Under the pieces are notes generated by a model, which made no database searches, was not told where the DNA came from, and saw only the letters and a program-made list of their open reading frames with translations. From assembly GCA_964504195.1 (NCBI GenBank), contig CAZDDI010000010.1, forward strand, positions 22,956 through 86,955: a DNA stretch of 64,000 bases, written 5' to 3'. Position numbers and translations under genes: made by a program. The stretch comes from an uncultured Anaerolineales bacterium (lineage in GTDB: Bacteria > Chloroflexota > Anaerolineae > B4-G1 > SLSP01). This document shows positions 29,028-37,996 of the stretch, one piece after another. Positions within the stretch are counted from its first letter, which is position 1. Every line of letters begins with the position of its first letter.

Positions 29028-29573
29028 ATGAGTACAAAATTTAGGTTTTGCAGTTTAATATGCATTATATTAGCCGTAACCTTAATAATACTTACTACAC
29101 CCAGTGTTAGTAGCGTTATGGCACAAGACCCGCCAACAGATCCACCACCACCAACGGCCATACTGCCAACAGCCATACCACCAACAACCGTGCCGCCGAC
29201 AGAACCGCCCACACCGGTGCCGCCAACAGCCATACCACCGACAGCTGTGCCGCCAACAGCCGTGCCGCCAACAGCCGTACCGCCGACAGCCGTACCGCCG
29301 ACAGCCGTGCCACCGACAGCCGTGCCACCGACAGCCGTGCCACCGACAGCCGTGCCACCAACAGCCGTGCCGACCACGCCAACCGAATCACCACCACCAC
29401 CACCAGCGCCCGCTGAGCCTACTGCGCCGGCAATTGCCCCGCAAGCAGCCGAGAATCATCGCTTACCTCAAACCGGCCTGCTTGAGGGATTCACGGTGAT
29501 TGGATTGGGACTGGCAATTATCATGCTGGCATTTGCGACCATGCGTCGGCATCGCACAAACAGCGAACAGTAA
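29028..29573 (+). CDS. LPXTG-motif cell-wall-anchored Pro/Thr-rich repeat protein, a likely sortase substrate.
   Basis: Signal peptide, a (PTAVP)n linker, then LPQTG followed by a hydrophobic segment and the basic tail RRHRTNSEQ. Confidence 0.8.
   Translation: MSTKFRFCSLICIILAVTLIILTTPSVSSVMAQDPPTDPPPPTAILPTAIPPTTVPPTEPPTPVPPTAIPPTAVPPTAVPPTAVPPTAVPPTAVPPTAVPPTAVPPTAVPPTAVPTTPTESPPPPPAPAEPTAPAIAPQAAENHRLPQTGLLEGFTVIGLGLAIIMLAFATMRRHRTNSEQ
29150..29390. repeat. 15-bp tandem repeat array of about 12 units encoding (PTAVP)n within the LPXTG protein gene.
   Basis: Units such as ccgccgacagccgtg / ccaccgacagccgtg repeat. The protein segment is PTAIPPTAVPPTAVPPTAVPPTAV... Confidence 0.85.
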
Positions 29574-29745
29574 ATCCTTCAGTTTACAGCAGGGGGCAGC
29601 GCAACTGCCCCCTGCTGTGTTATTGCACACCGTCCACCATCCGACTTCCCTTTTTTGCGATTTTGTGCTACAGTGAGTAGGAAGAATTTGTGAACGGCAG
29701 AGACTAAACGCCGACACGCTACAGGATTCCACGGGAGAAGCGAAC

Positions 29746-31290
29746 ATGACTACCTTCTTACGATTCTTGTTTTTGATAGGTTACGCCATCGGCGTATATT
29801 TTATCCACCGCTACCTGCGCGCCCACCCGCCCAAGTTCGATGGGGAATTTGTATTTCCAGAGTCACGCCCCTTCAAGGCGTCCTGGTATATGGGACTCCC
29901 CCTGCTCTGGCCGCTCCTGGCGCTATTCTGGCTAAATCAGCCCCCCACTTCCCCAGGACTGTTGATCTATTTATTTATCATCGTACCGCCGCTGGTCATC
30001 TTTTTGCCCTGGCTCTGGTATTGGGGCGTACGCCCGCCATTCGTTGTTTTGCTGTTTACCGCCCTGCTCCTGTTAGTGCTACCCTTATTGATAACTGCCA
30101 CCCTCTTTTTGATAGACGGTGTGCGCATCACTATCGGCGTGCTGCCGATGCTCTTCTTCATGCTCGCGCCGCCAGCCTTTATGCTGCTCTTGGTATACCT
30201 GTGGGGCCCGCAAATTCTACCGCTCAGCCCGGAAGAGCAGCGCGCGCACCGGGGCGATATCGCCAAACTTTTCGCGGCCTTCTGGACAACCTTCGCCAAG
30301 CCCTCTATCGTTGTTGTCAATGCGGAGGCTCAAACACGCGTCGCTGGCAACCCGTTCCTAGGTATCGCACCGGGGCTACTAGTAACGGAACCGGAAAACG
30401 CCGTGATTCTACGCGATGGCTCTAAAATCGCCGCAATCATGGATCCGGGCGTTCATTTTGTCGGCTACACCTCCGCGAATCTCGTGCATGAGGTACTAGA
30501 CCTGTTCAAACAATTCCGCTCGGAGCCGAAGGTGGAAGCCATCACCAAAGACGGTATCCATATTCACGTTCCTATCTCCTCAATTTTTTCTATTGGAGGT
30601 GTCCGTCCGCCAGAAAAGCCAGGCGAATCCTGGCGCTATCACAAGAGCGCCGCGTTCAAAGCCTTTATGGCGCAAGAAGTCAACCCTACCGGGCGCACCC
30701 CTCTCGACGCACATCAGGTACGCTCATGGAAGGACATTCCCTTGCAAACTGTGATCCCCTATCTAAAACAACGGATTGCCGGATATACGCTAGATGAATT
30801 ATACGGTGCCAAAGAACCTTCATCACCGAAACTATTGCGCATAGTATTGGGGCAGGAAATGCAGACCTACACAAAAGCTCAAACCACACGCAGCGGCATT
30901 GAGGTGAGCGGCGGTGGCATGGGTAACAAGGTCAGCCCAGTGGATCATAAGGTCGTCGAACAGCGCATGGACGCCTGGAAAGCCCGGAAGACACATGAGA
31001 GCCTCGTGCGGAAAGGACAAATAGAAGCCACCTATCTCACGCAGCTGGGACGCGTGCGCAGCAAAATGCTTGAGGAAATCCTACAACAAATCAAGAGACA
31101 TGCGCAAGAATTGGAAAATGTACCTACCGAAAAACGCGACAGTATGCTCAAGATGATGAGTGCCGTACGTTTAATAGAAACGCTTGACGCGATCGCTCGT
31201 GACCCAGCTGTAGAACCACTCTTACCAGAAACAGTAGCCCAACGGATGCTGGCCTTACGTAAACAACGCGAAGAAGGGGGTAAAGCATGA
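29746..31290 (+). CDS. SPFH/band-7 (flotillin-like) membrane protein, paralog 1.
   Basis: Polytopic N-terminus, then an SPFH-like core: AVILRDGSKIAAIMDPGVHFVGY...EAITKDGIHIHVPISSIF. The C-terminal region is helical. Confidence 0.6.
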   Translation: MTTFLRFLFLIGYAIGVYFIHRYLRAHPPKFDGEFVFPESRPFKASWYMGLPLLWPLLALFWLNQPPTSPGLLIYLFIIVPPLVIFLPWLWYWGVRPPFVVLLFTALLLLVLPLLITATLFLIDGVRITIGVLPMLFFMLAPPAFMLLLVYLWGPQILPLSPEEQRAHRGDIAKLFAAFWTTFAKPSIVVVNAEAQTRVAGNPFLGIAPGLLVTEPENAVILRDGSKIAAIMDPGVHFVGYTSANLVHEVLDLFKQFRSEPKVEAITKDGIHIHVPISSIFSIGGVRPPEKPGESWRYHKSAAFKAFMAQEVNPTGRTPLDAHQVRSWKDIPLQTVIPYLKQRIAGYTLDELYGAKEPSSPKLLRIVLGQEMQTYTKAQTTRSGIEVSGGGMGNKVSPVDHKVVEQRMDAWKARKTHESLVRKGQIEATYLTQLGRVRSKMLEEILQQIKRHAQELENVPTEKRDSMLKMMSAVRLIETLDAIARDPAVEPLLPETVAQRMLALRKQREEGGKA

Positions 31291-32714
31291 CCCGCACCAC
31301 TGACCGCCTTGACAATTTAACCCTCCCTTTGTTGATAGTAATAGTTGCCACATTAGTGTTTTCCGTGCTATATATTGTGGCGATGCCCGAATCACTAGAC
31401 GGTGTAAAACTAGCCCTAAGCCGCTATGGCGAAACACGCAACCCTATCACTTTGCTGATCACGCTAGGAATGGCCTTTTTGAACAGCAGAGCCTTCGCAT
31501 TTATGCTGGTTATGATCCTCGCCTGGTTCTCAGCGCATCTGTTACTAGGCCAATATCTGCAACAGCTTTATGCACTCACCTGGGAGGATACCTTGGGCGT
31601 GACCGAGGCAGCCGACAGAAACGCTGACTCACCAACGCGAGCGTCTGGCCTATTGTTTCGCATTCTCTACGGGCTGCCAGAGGAACCACCTTTTGCGCCA
31701 ATCCTTGGCGCACGCGAAGGGCAAGTAGACCCGGACGGGCCAGAAATTATGCGCAAGGTGGGCGGGCCAGGCTTCCTCAGCATAGGCCACGATACCGCCG
31801 TCGTCATCGCGCGCGGGGGTACAATTATTAACGTGCTAGGCCCTGGTTGGCATCGCGTCGGCCCCTTCGAGCGGATATGGGATGTAGTAGACTTACGCCC
31901 ACAACGCCGCAATCTACATGTAGAAACGCACTCGCGTGACGGCATCCCCATCTATTGCGATGCCGAAATTCTTTTCCGGCTCGACAACGGCGAAGAACCG
32001 CCCGAAGAAACAGAAACTTTCGACTATCCGTACCCCTTCACCGAGAAGGCTGCCGATAATGTGTTGAAAGTAACCGCCGGAAAAGTCGTGCTCAAACCGG
32101 GGGGCAAACGCTTCACCGATTGGAGCACACGCATGCCCAACGGCATCCTTGACGGGGTCATCCGCAACACCATTGAACAGTACCGACTGGATGAGTACCT
32201 CACCCCCGCCGATAACGGCGAACCGCTTTTTGCCAAGTTGGAAAGAGACATCGAAAAGCAAGTGCGCGAGGATGGCCTCAAGGCAGGGGCACGGGTATTA
32301 CGTGTCACGCTTGGGCCAATCCTCCCGATGGAAGAAGCGATCTCGCAACAATGGGTGGAATCCTGGCGTTCCGAGTGGGATATGGCTACGCACGAACTAG
32401 AAGCTGAAGCCAAAGCTCTGGGCACAGAGGCCATCAAGAAAGCCCGCGTTCTCGCACAAGCAGACCTGGTTACTACAATCATGGAAGGGTTGCGCGATTT
32501 CGATACGGTTGACCCCAACCTGCAAGAGACAATCATTATGATGCGCTTTATGGACGCAATGCGGTCGCTGGCAGAAACGGATCCGCTCGTGCGGGGGCTG
32601 ATGTTCAAAGAGGCTGAAGGCCTACAGCGCATCATCAAGACCATGACAGAGATTACGCAGCAGCCATCGCCCCCACCACAGCTGCAGCTGCCACCCACAA
32701 ATCCTGATCTGTAA
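31287..32714 (+). CDS. SPFH/band-7 (flotillin-like) membrane protein, paralog 2.
   Basis: AVVIARGGTIINVLGPGWHRVGPFERIWDVVDLRPQRRNLHVETHSRDGIPIYCDAEILFRL is an SPFH core. There is a flotillin-like EA-rich coiled coil, ELEAEAKALGTEAIKKARVLAQADL. A 4-nt overlap (ATGA) joins it to paralog 1. Confidence 0.65.
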   Translation: MTRTTDRLDNLTLPLLIVIVATLVFSVLYIVAMPESLDGVKLALSRYGETRNPITLLITLGMAFLNSRAFAFMLVMILAWFSAHLLLGQYLQQLYALTWEDTLGVTEAADRNADSPTRASGLLFRILYGLPEEPPFAPILGAREGQVDPDGPEIMRKVGGPGFLSIGHDTAVVIARGGTIINVLGPGWHRVGPFERIWDVVDLRPQRRNLHVETHSRDGIPIYCDAEILFRLDNGEEPPEETETFDYPYPFTEKAADNVLKVTAGKVVLKPGGKRFTDWSTRMPNGILDGVIRNTIEQYRLDEYLTPADNGEPLFAKLERDIEKQVREDGLKAGARVLRVTLGPILPMEEAISQQWVESWRSEWDMATHELEAEAKALGTEAIKKARVLAQADLVTTIMEGLRDFDTVDPNLQETIIMMRFMDAMRSLAETDPLVRGLMFKEAEGLQRIIKTMTEITQQPSPPPQLQLPPTNPDL

Positions 32715-32764
32715 AATTTATCGGCAAGTGCATTGCACCACAGGGACTCACATGGAGGGTCAAT

Positions 32765-33631
32765 ATGAGCCGTATCTTCATCCCGGAAGAGCTCACGCTA
32801 TTGCATCTAGTCGCCTTTCCTGACGCAGTAACTCTTCCCTTCCGCACTCTGCACGAAGCGCTACACATAGAGATGCTGCGCGGCGATAGCCGAGAGGCTA
32901 AAAAGGCCGCTGAAAACCTGGAACGCATCGCCAGCAGCGCAGGGGAAACGTACATCGCGGCCCTGGCACACCTCTATCTCGCCGATGTCACGCGCCACCA
33001 ACATACCACTGCGCTTAGAACGCTCACCCGCGCCGTGACCAGCCTTCACAATGAAAGCCGTGCCATCGCCCGCTATAATGAAGCCCTGGGCTACTACCTG
33101 CAAGGTATCATTCATTGCGCCAGAGACAAAGACGCTGAGGTAAGCCAGTCTTTTGGACGTGCCACGCAATTGCTGGAACAAGCACGTCACCGAGAATCCT
33201 TTTTTGGCGCCCACCCGCGTAGCCCCGATATTGAAAAACTTATCCGCTGGATGACCGAGCTATTGATGCTAGGCATCAATACGCGCAATTTGAACATCGC
33301 GCCACTCTACGAACCAGCCGAGAATGGCACATTGCAATTCTGCGGCGCCACCGCCATTGACACCGGCGAAATCGAGCTACCTCGCTCCACCCTTCCCCCA
33401 CTTGAGGAAACCTACTTTGTGATCGAGTTGCCCCCCGCGCCCGCCAGTTCCAGCTTGGAAATCGCCGCTCCCAAACGGCGCTATTTAATCAAGCCTGTCT
33501 GGGGTGAAGACCCCCAAAGCGTCCCCAAACTGGATCAGTATGGGCGTTTCCGCCCTGGCGAACGCCGTAGCTTTGAGTTCGAGACTGATGACAGAATCAC
33601 GCTAGGAGACTTCGCCGGCATGATTCTGTAA
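32765..33631 (+). CDS. Hypothetical protein; helical N-terminal half and beta-rich C-terminal half.
   Basis: No motif recognised. The ORF has high coding potential and sits in the operon-like array. Confidence 0.5.
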   Translation: MSRIFIPEELTLLHLVAFPDAVTLPFRTLHEALHIEMLRGDSREAKKAAENLERIASSAGETYIAALAHLYLADVTRHQHTTALRTLTRAVTSLHNESRAIARYNEALGYYLQGIIHCARDKDAEVSQSFGRATQLLEQARHRESFFGAHPRSPDIEKLIRWMTELLMLGINTRNLNIAPLYEPAENGTLQFCGATAIDTGEIELPRSTLPPLEETYFVIELPPAPASSSLEIAAPKRRYLIKPVWGEDPQSVPKLDQYGRFRPGERRSFEFETDDRITLGDFAGMIL

Positions 33632-33638
33632 CGGAGGT

Positions 33639-34580
33639 ATGCAGATGAGCAAAAGCGAGCATCACGCCATCGTTATCGGCGCGGCAGGCTTTGATATCAA
33701 GGTCTGGCCGCAAACGCTGGCCGTCGAGCCGGGGCAATCCAACCCGGCGCACATCCAGTGGAGCGCCGGCGGTGTGGCCCGCAACATCGCTGAAAACCTC
33801 ACGCGGCTGGATACCGAAGTGCATCTCATCACCGCTGTGGGCAACGACCGCGCCGGTGAAGATTTGCTGGCCGAACTCGAGCAGTTGGATATTGACACGT
33901 CCGCCTCAGCAATCTGTGAAGACCAGCACACAGCGGCTTATGTAGCGCTCTACCAGGCCGACGGGCAGTTGCGCCTGGCCTTCGATGACATGGTGGTAGC
34001 CCGCGCCATCACGCCCAAGCATCTCATACGCAAGCGCAGCCTCTTCAAACAGGCTGACATCATCTGCATTGATGCCAACCTGACCGCCCGCGCGCTGGAG
34101 ACGATCTTCCGGCTGGCCCGCGAGTATCACGTCCCCGTGTGCGCCGATCCTACGGCGGCGCTACTCGCGCCGCGCCTGCACCCCTACATCAATGAGCTCG
34201 CCGCGCTCACGCCCAACCGGCTCGAGGCCGAAGCATTGTTGGGCGAGGCGCTACTCGATGAAGAAAGCCTGATGCGCGGCGCGCGCCGCCTGGTGCAGTT
34301 GGGCGCACAGCTGGCCGTCATCAACCTGGGGGCGCAAGGCTTGTGCTACGCCACCAGCGAGGAGAACGGACGTTTACCCGCGTTCAAAGTCGAGACGATA
34401 GACACCAGCGGCACCGGCGATGCGCTTACCGCTGCCATCGCCTACAGTCTCATGGAAGACCTCCAGCCAGCCGAAGCCGTGCGCCTGGGCCTCGCCGCCG
34501 CCGCCATGACCGTCTCTTGCAGCGGCAACGTTTGCCCCACGCTCAGCGTGGATGGCCTGTACGATTGGTTGATTGTGTAA
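33639..34580 (+). CDS. PfkB-family carbohydrate/nucleoside kinase (ribokinase / pseudouridine-kinase-like).
   Basis: N-terminal IGAAGFD and C-terminal DTSGTGDALTAAIA match the PfkB DTxGAGD signature. Confidence 0.75.
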   Translation: MQMSKSEHHAIVIGAAGFDIKVWPQTLAVEPGQSNPAHIQWSAGGVARNIAENLTRLDTEVHLITAVGNDRAGEDLLAELEQLDIDTSASAICEDQHTAAYVALYQADGQLRLAFDDMVVARAITPKHLIRKRSLFKQADIICIDANLTARALETIFRLAREYHVPVCADPTAALLAPRLHPYINELAALTPNRLEAEALLGEALLDEESLMRGARRLVQLGAQLAVINLGAQGLCYATSEENGRLPAFKVETIDTSGTGDALTAAIAYSLMEDLQPAEAVRLGLAAAAMTVSCSGNVCPTLSVDGLYDWLIV

Positions 34581-34658
34581 AAGCAACCAATCATACAGGC
34601 TACAAGCCTCAGCCAATGGAGGCTGTACGCATCCATACCTTGTTGCCCCATAACTTTT

Positions 34659-37600
34659 ATGTTCCAACACCTGACCTTCCGCCATCCCTTCCGCAAATAC
34701 CAGCGCCTCATCCTCGCCCAGGTTGAATCGGGCCAGGGCGATCAGCGCTACCACCTCGTCGCGCCGCCCGGCGCCGGCAAAACCATCGTGGGGCTGGAGC
34801 TCATCCGCTACTTCAACGCGCCCGCGGTGATTTTCGCGCCCACCACCACGATTCAGGAGCAGTGGCGCGACAAGCTCGCGTTGTTTCTCCCCGCCGACGC
34901 GCCTCTGGAAGACCTGCACACGCTCGTCAGCCTCGATCCGGCCCGCACGGCCCCCATCAACATCTTCACCTACCAGCTCATCTCCACGCCCGGCGAATCG
35001 CAAACGCACGTTGAAGCGATGGCGCGGCAGCGGTGGATCGAAGACCTGCTCCACGAGGGCAAGGCGCGCGAGCCTGCCGACGCCGAGGCGCGGCTGCTCA
35101 CGCTGGCGCAGAACAACCCGGCAGAATACCGGCGCGAGCTCGCCCGCCGCTACCAGCGCATCAAGCGCGAGCTGCTCCGCAGCGGCGAGGCCGAAATCCT
35201 GCCGTTCCTCCATCCCAACGCCCGCCAGCTCATTGAGACGCTGGTGGAGTACGGCGTGCGCACCATCGTGCTGGATGAGTGCCATCACCTGCTCGATTAT
35301 TGGGCCATCGTGCTGCGCTACTTCATCGCCCGCATCGCCGACCCGCGCATCATCGGCCTCACCGCCACGCTCCCCAGCCCCGAAGACGACATCGCTTATG
35401 AGAACTACACGGAGCTGCTGGGGGAGGTGGATTTTGAGATTCCCACGCCCGCAGTGGTCAAAGAGGGCGATCTGGCCCCCTACCGCGATTTGGTGTATTT
35501 TGTCGAACCCAGCCCGCGCGAGATGGCGTACCTCAAGAACATCCAGCAGGCATTCGAGGCCGCCATCAGCGGGCTAACGCGCAGCGCTGCCTTTCGCGGC
35601 TGGGTGATCCAGGCCGTGTTGCAGCCCACCACCGCCACCGGGACGCCGCTCACTTGGGAGCAGTTCGTGCGCCAGCACCCGCTTTTCTCGCTGGCCGGGC
35701 TGCGCTTCCTGCTGCACATTGCCTATCCCCTGCCGCCGGACTTGCCCCTGCCCGTCGAGGCCGAGCAGCGCATCACGCTCGACGATTGGGCCATCCTGCT
35801 GGAGCGCTACGGACTGGACGTGCTCGCGCTCAGCCCGGAGCCGCAGGATCACGTTTTGCTCAAGCGGCTGCGGCAAATCCTGTTCCCGTTCGGCTTCACC
35901 CTCACCGAGCGCGGCCTGCGCCAGAGCCGCTCCCCCGGTGACCTCATCCTCACCTTCTCCGAATCCAAAGACGAAGCGGTGGCGCACATCCTCAGCCTGG
36001 AGGCCGAGGCGCTCGGCCAGCAGTTGCGGGCCGTCGTTGTGAGCGATTTTGAGCAGATGAGCAGCAGCGTCCGCCGCGCCGGGGACGTGCTGGATCGGGA
36101 TGCGGGCAGTGCGGTGCGCGTCTTCTACCACCTGGTACGCCACCCACAGACGGGCAGGCTCGAGCCGCTGCTGGTGACGGGGCGCACGTTTTTAATGGAT
36201 GCCGACATCGGGGCCGAAGTCATTGCGCGGTGCAACGCCGCATTAGAAGCGGAGGGGGCGCGGGCGACGTGCCGCGCAGTCCCCACCGCCATGCAGGGCG
36301 TGCTGGAAGTGGTGGGCGAAGGCCCTGATTGGGGATCGCGCACCTATGTGCGCCTGGCGACCCGGCTCTTCGAGGACGGCCTCACGCGCTGCCTGGTGGG
36401 CACGCGCGGCATCTTCGGCGAGGGGTGGGACTCGCTGAGCCTCAACACGCTCATTGACCTGACCAGCGTGACCACGAGCACCTCGGTGCAACAGTTGCGC
36501 GGGCGCAGCATCCGGCTCGATCCGCGCTGCCCGCGCAAGGTGGCGCACAACTGGGACGTGATTTGCGTCGCCAAGCACTTCGAGCGCGGCGATCTCGATC
36601 TGCGGCGGTTGGATACACGCCACGGGCGCTATTGGGGCATCGTGCCGCTTTCCCGCCGCGAGGCGCTGGTGCGCGACGCGCAGAGCGTCATCGCTGGCGA
36701 CCTGCTGGCGGGCGAACTGCGCGGGCAGATCGTCAAAGGCCTCAATCACCTCAGCCCGGAGTTGGCTTACCAGCTGGCGACGCGCGGCTTTAAGCACGCA
36801 GACTACCCCGGCATCACCCGCCAGATGCTCGGCCAGATCAAGCAGCGCGATAAGATGTACGACTTGTGGGACATCGGCGGGGAGTACAGCAACTTCGCCT
36901 ACAAAGCCACCCGGCTCGACGCCACCGATCTCAAAATCCGCACGGTGTTTACCGTGCAGCACACGCTCAAGCGGATGCTGCGCGCGTTCCTCGCCTCGCT
37001 GGTATCAGGCTTGCTGATGACACTCTGGCTCGCCGCGTATATCTTCCTGCAAGGCTTCACCTCCGGCGATGAGGAATTCCTGGGGGTGATGTGCGGCTGC
37101 TCCGGCGGCATCCTGGCGCTGGGCCTGCTGTTGACCCTGGCATTCAACACGCTCTCGGCCTACCGGCTGGGCAAAACCTTGCTGGTGGAGCAGCCCACCG
37201 ATGGCATCCTTCTGGACATGGGGCGCGCGCTGCTCGCCACGCTCAAGGAGCTGGGACTGGTGAGCCGCCACCTCCAGCCGGACTACATCCGCGTGGTGGA
37301 GCATCCCGATAACAGCTACGATGTCCTGCTGGATTACGCCTCGCCAGAAGAGGCCGCGCTGTTCATCGAGACCTATCAGGAACTCTTCGAGCCGGTACGC
37401 GACCAGCGGTATCTCATCTACCGCGACGACACGCGGCTGCCGAGCCTGCCATTGCGCCCGCTGTGGTACTTCCTGCGGCGGTTGCTCCACGATGAGGGCC
37501 TCTACAAGCCCGCTTACCATCCCGTCCCCAAGCTGCTCGCCAGCCGCAAAGACCGCGCCGAAGCCTTCGCCCACGCCTGGCAGAAATACGTCGGCGGCGG

Positions 37601-37706
37601 TTATCTCATCTACACCCGTAGCGACGCAGGCCGCCGCATCCTCCTCGAAGCCCGCGCCCAGCAACGCCCCAAAGTTAAGGGCCTGGCGTTTGAGCTGTGG
37701 CGGTGA
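34659..37706 (+). CDS. SF2 (DEAD/DEAH, ResIII-like) helicase-family protein, 1015 aa, with C-terminal transmembrane segments.
   Basis: Walker A LVAPPGAGKTIVG. DExH box VLDECHHLL. Motif VI-like QQLRGRSIRL. Two hydrophobic helices near residues 775-830, LLMTLWLAAYIFL and ILALGLLLTLAF. Long antisense ORFs in this 70%-GC stretch are artefacts. Confidence 0.75.
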   Translation: MFQHLTFRHPFRKYQRLILAQVESGQGDQRYHLVAPPGAGKTIVGLELIRYFNAPAVIFAPTTTIQEQWRDKLALFLPADAPLEDLHTLVSLDPARTAPINIFTYQLISTPGESQTHVEAMARQRWIEDLLHEGKAREPADAEARLLTLAQNNPAEYRRELARRYQRIKRELLRSGEAEILPFLHPNARQLIETLVEYGVRTIVLDECHHLLDYWAIVLRYFIARIADPRIIGLTATLPSPEDDIAYENYTELLGEVDFEIPTPAVVKEGDLAPYRDLVYFVEPSPREMAYLKNIQQAFEAAISGLTRSAAFRGWVIQAVLQPTTATGTPLTWEQFVRQHPLFSLAGLRFLLHIAYPLPPDLPLPVEAEQRITLDDWAILLERYGLDVLALSPEPQDHVLLKRLRQILFPFGFTLTERGLRQSRSPGDLILTFSESKDEAVAHILSLEAEALGQQLRAVVVSDFEQMSSSVRRAGDVLDRDAGSAVRVFYHLVRHPQTGRLEPLLVTGRTFLMDADIGAEVIARCNAALEAEGARATCRAVPTAMQGVLEVVGEGPDWGSRTYVRLATRLFEDGLTRCLVGTRGIFGEGWDSLSLNTLIDLTSVTTSTSVQQLRGRSIRLDPRCPRKVAHNWDVICVAKHFERGDLDLRRLDTRHGRYWGIVPLSRREALVRDAQSVIAGDLLAGELRGQIVKGLNHLSPELAYQLATRGFKHADYPGITRQMLGQIKQRDKMYDLWDIGGEYSNFAYKATRLDATDLKIRTVFTVQHTLKRMLRAFLASLVSGLLMTLWLAAYIFLQGFTSGDEEFLGVMCGCSGGILALGLLLTLAFNTLSAYRLGKTLLVEQPTDGILLDMGRALLATLKELGLVSRHLQPDYIRVVEHPDNSYDVLLDYASPEEAALFIETYQELFEPVRDQRYLIYRDDTRLPSLPLRPLWYFLRRLLHDEGLYKPAYHPVPKLLASRKDRAEAFAHAWQKYVGGGYLIYTRSDAGRRILLEARAQQRPKVKGLAFELWR

Positions 37707-37996
37707 GGTGTCGGGCATGTTTGCCCACGCGCAATGAGCCACGCACGATGAAAATCTGACCCGCTTATAATCCGTACTGCGTAAAGCGTAATGCGTAAAG
37801 AAGAATTCTCTCCGTTGGAACATAAGAACGCTTTCAAAGTATACTTCCTGAACGCGAAATAATTTCGCGGCTACATGCCAAACTACCTGCGGTTTGACAC
37901 ACACCCTCACCTGTGTTACCATAATCGCATTCAACAGCTGTCCCTTACAAAGGCTCAAAAACCTTCGCAAGGGTAACGTTTCACGAAAGGCTCATA

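Noticed and set aside
29006-29403. Minus-strand ORFs 29006..29377 (GTAVGG repeats) and 29116..29403
   Set aside because: They are mirror images of the (PTAVP)n repeat in the LPXTG gene. The plus frame has the signal peptide and sorting signal.
34374-37970. Long antisense or alternate-frame ORFs (34374..35288, 35574..36143, 36243..36962, 37005..37970, 35011..35577) across the helicase locus
   Set aside because: This 70%-GC region has few stop codons in any frame. Only the 34659..37706 frame has Walker A, DECH and motif VI helicase signatures.
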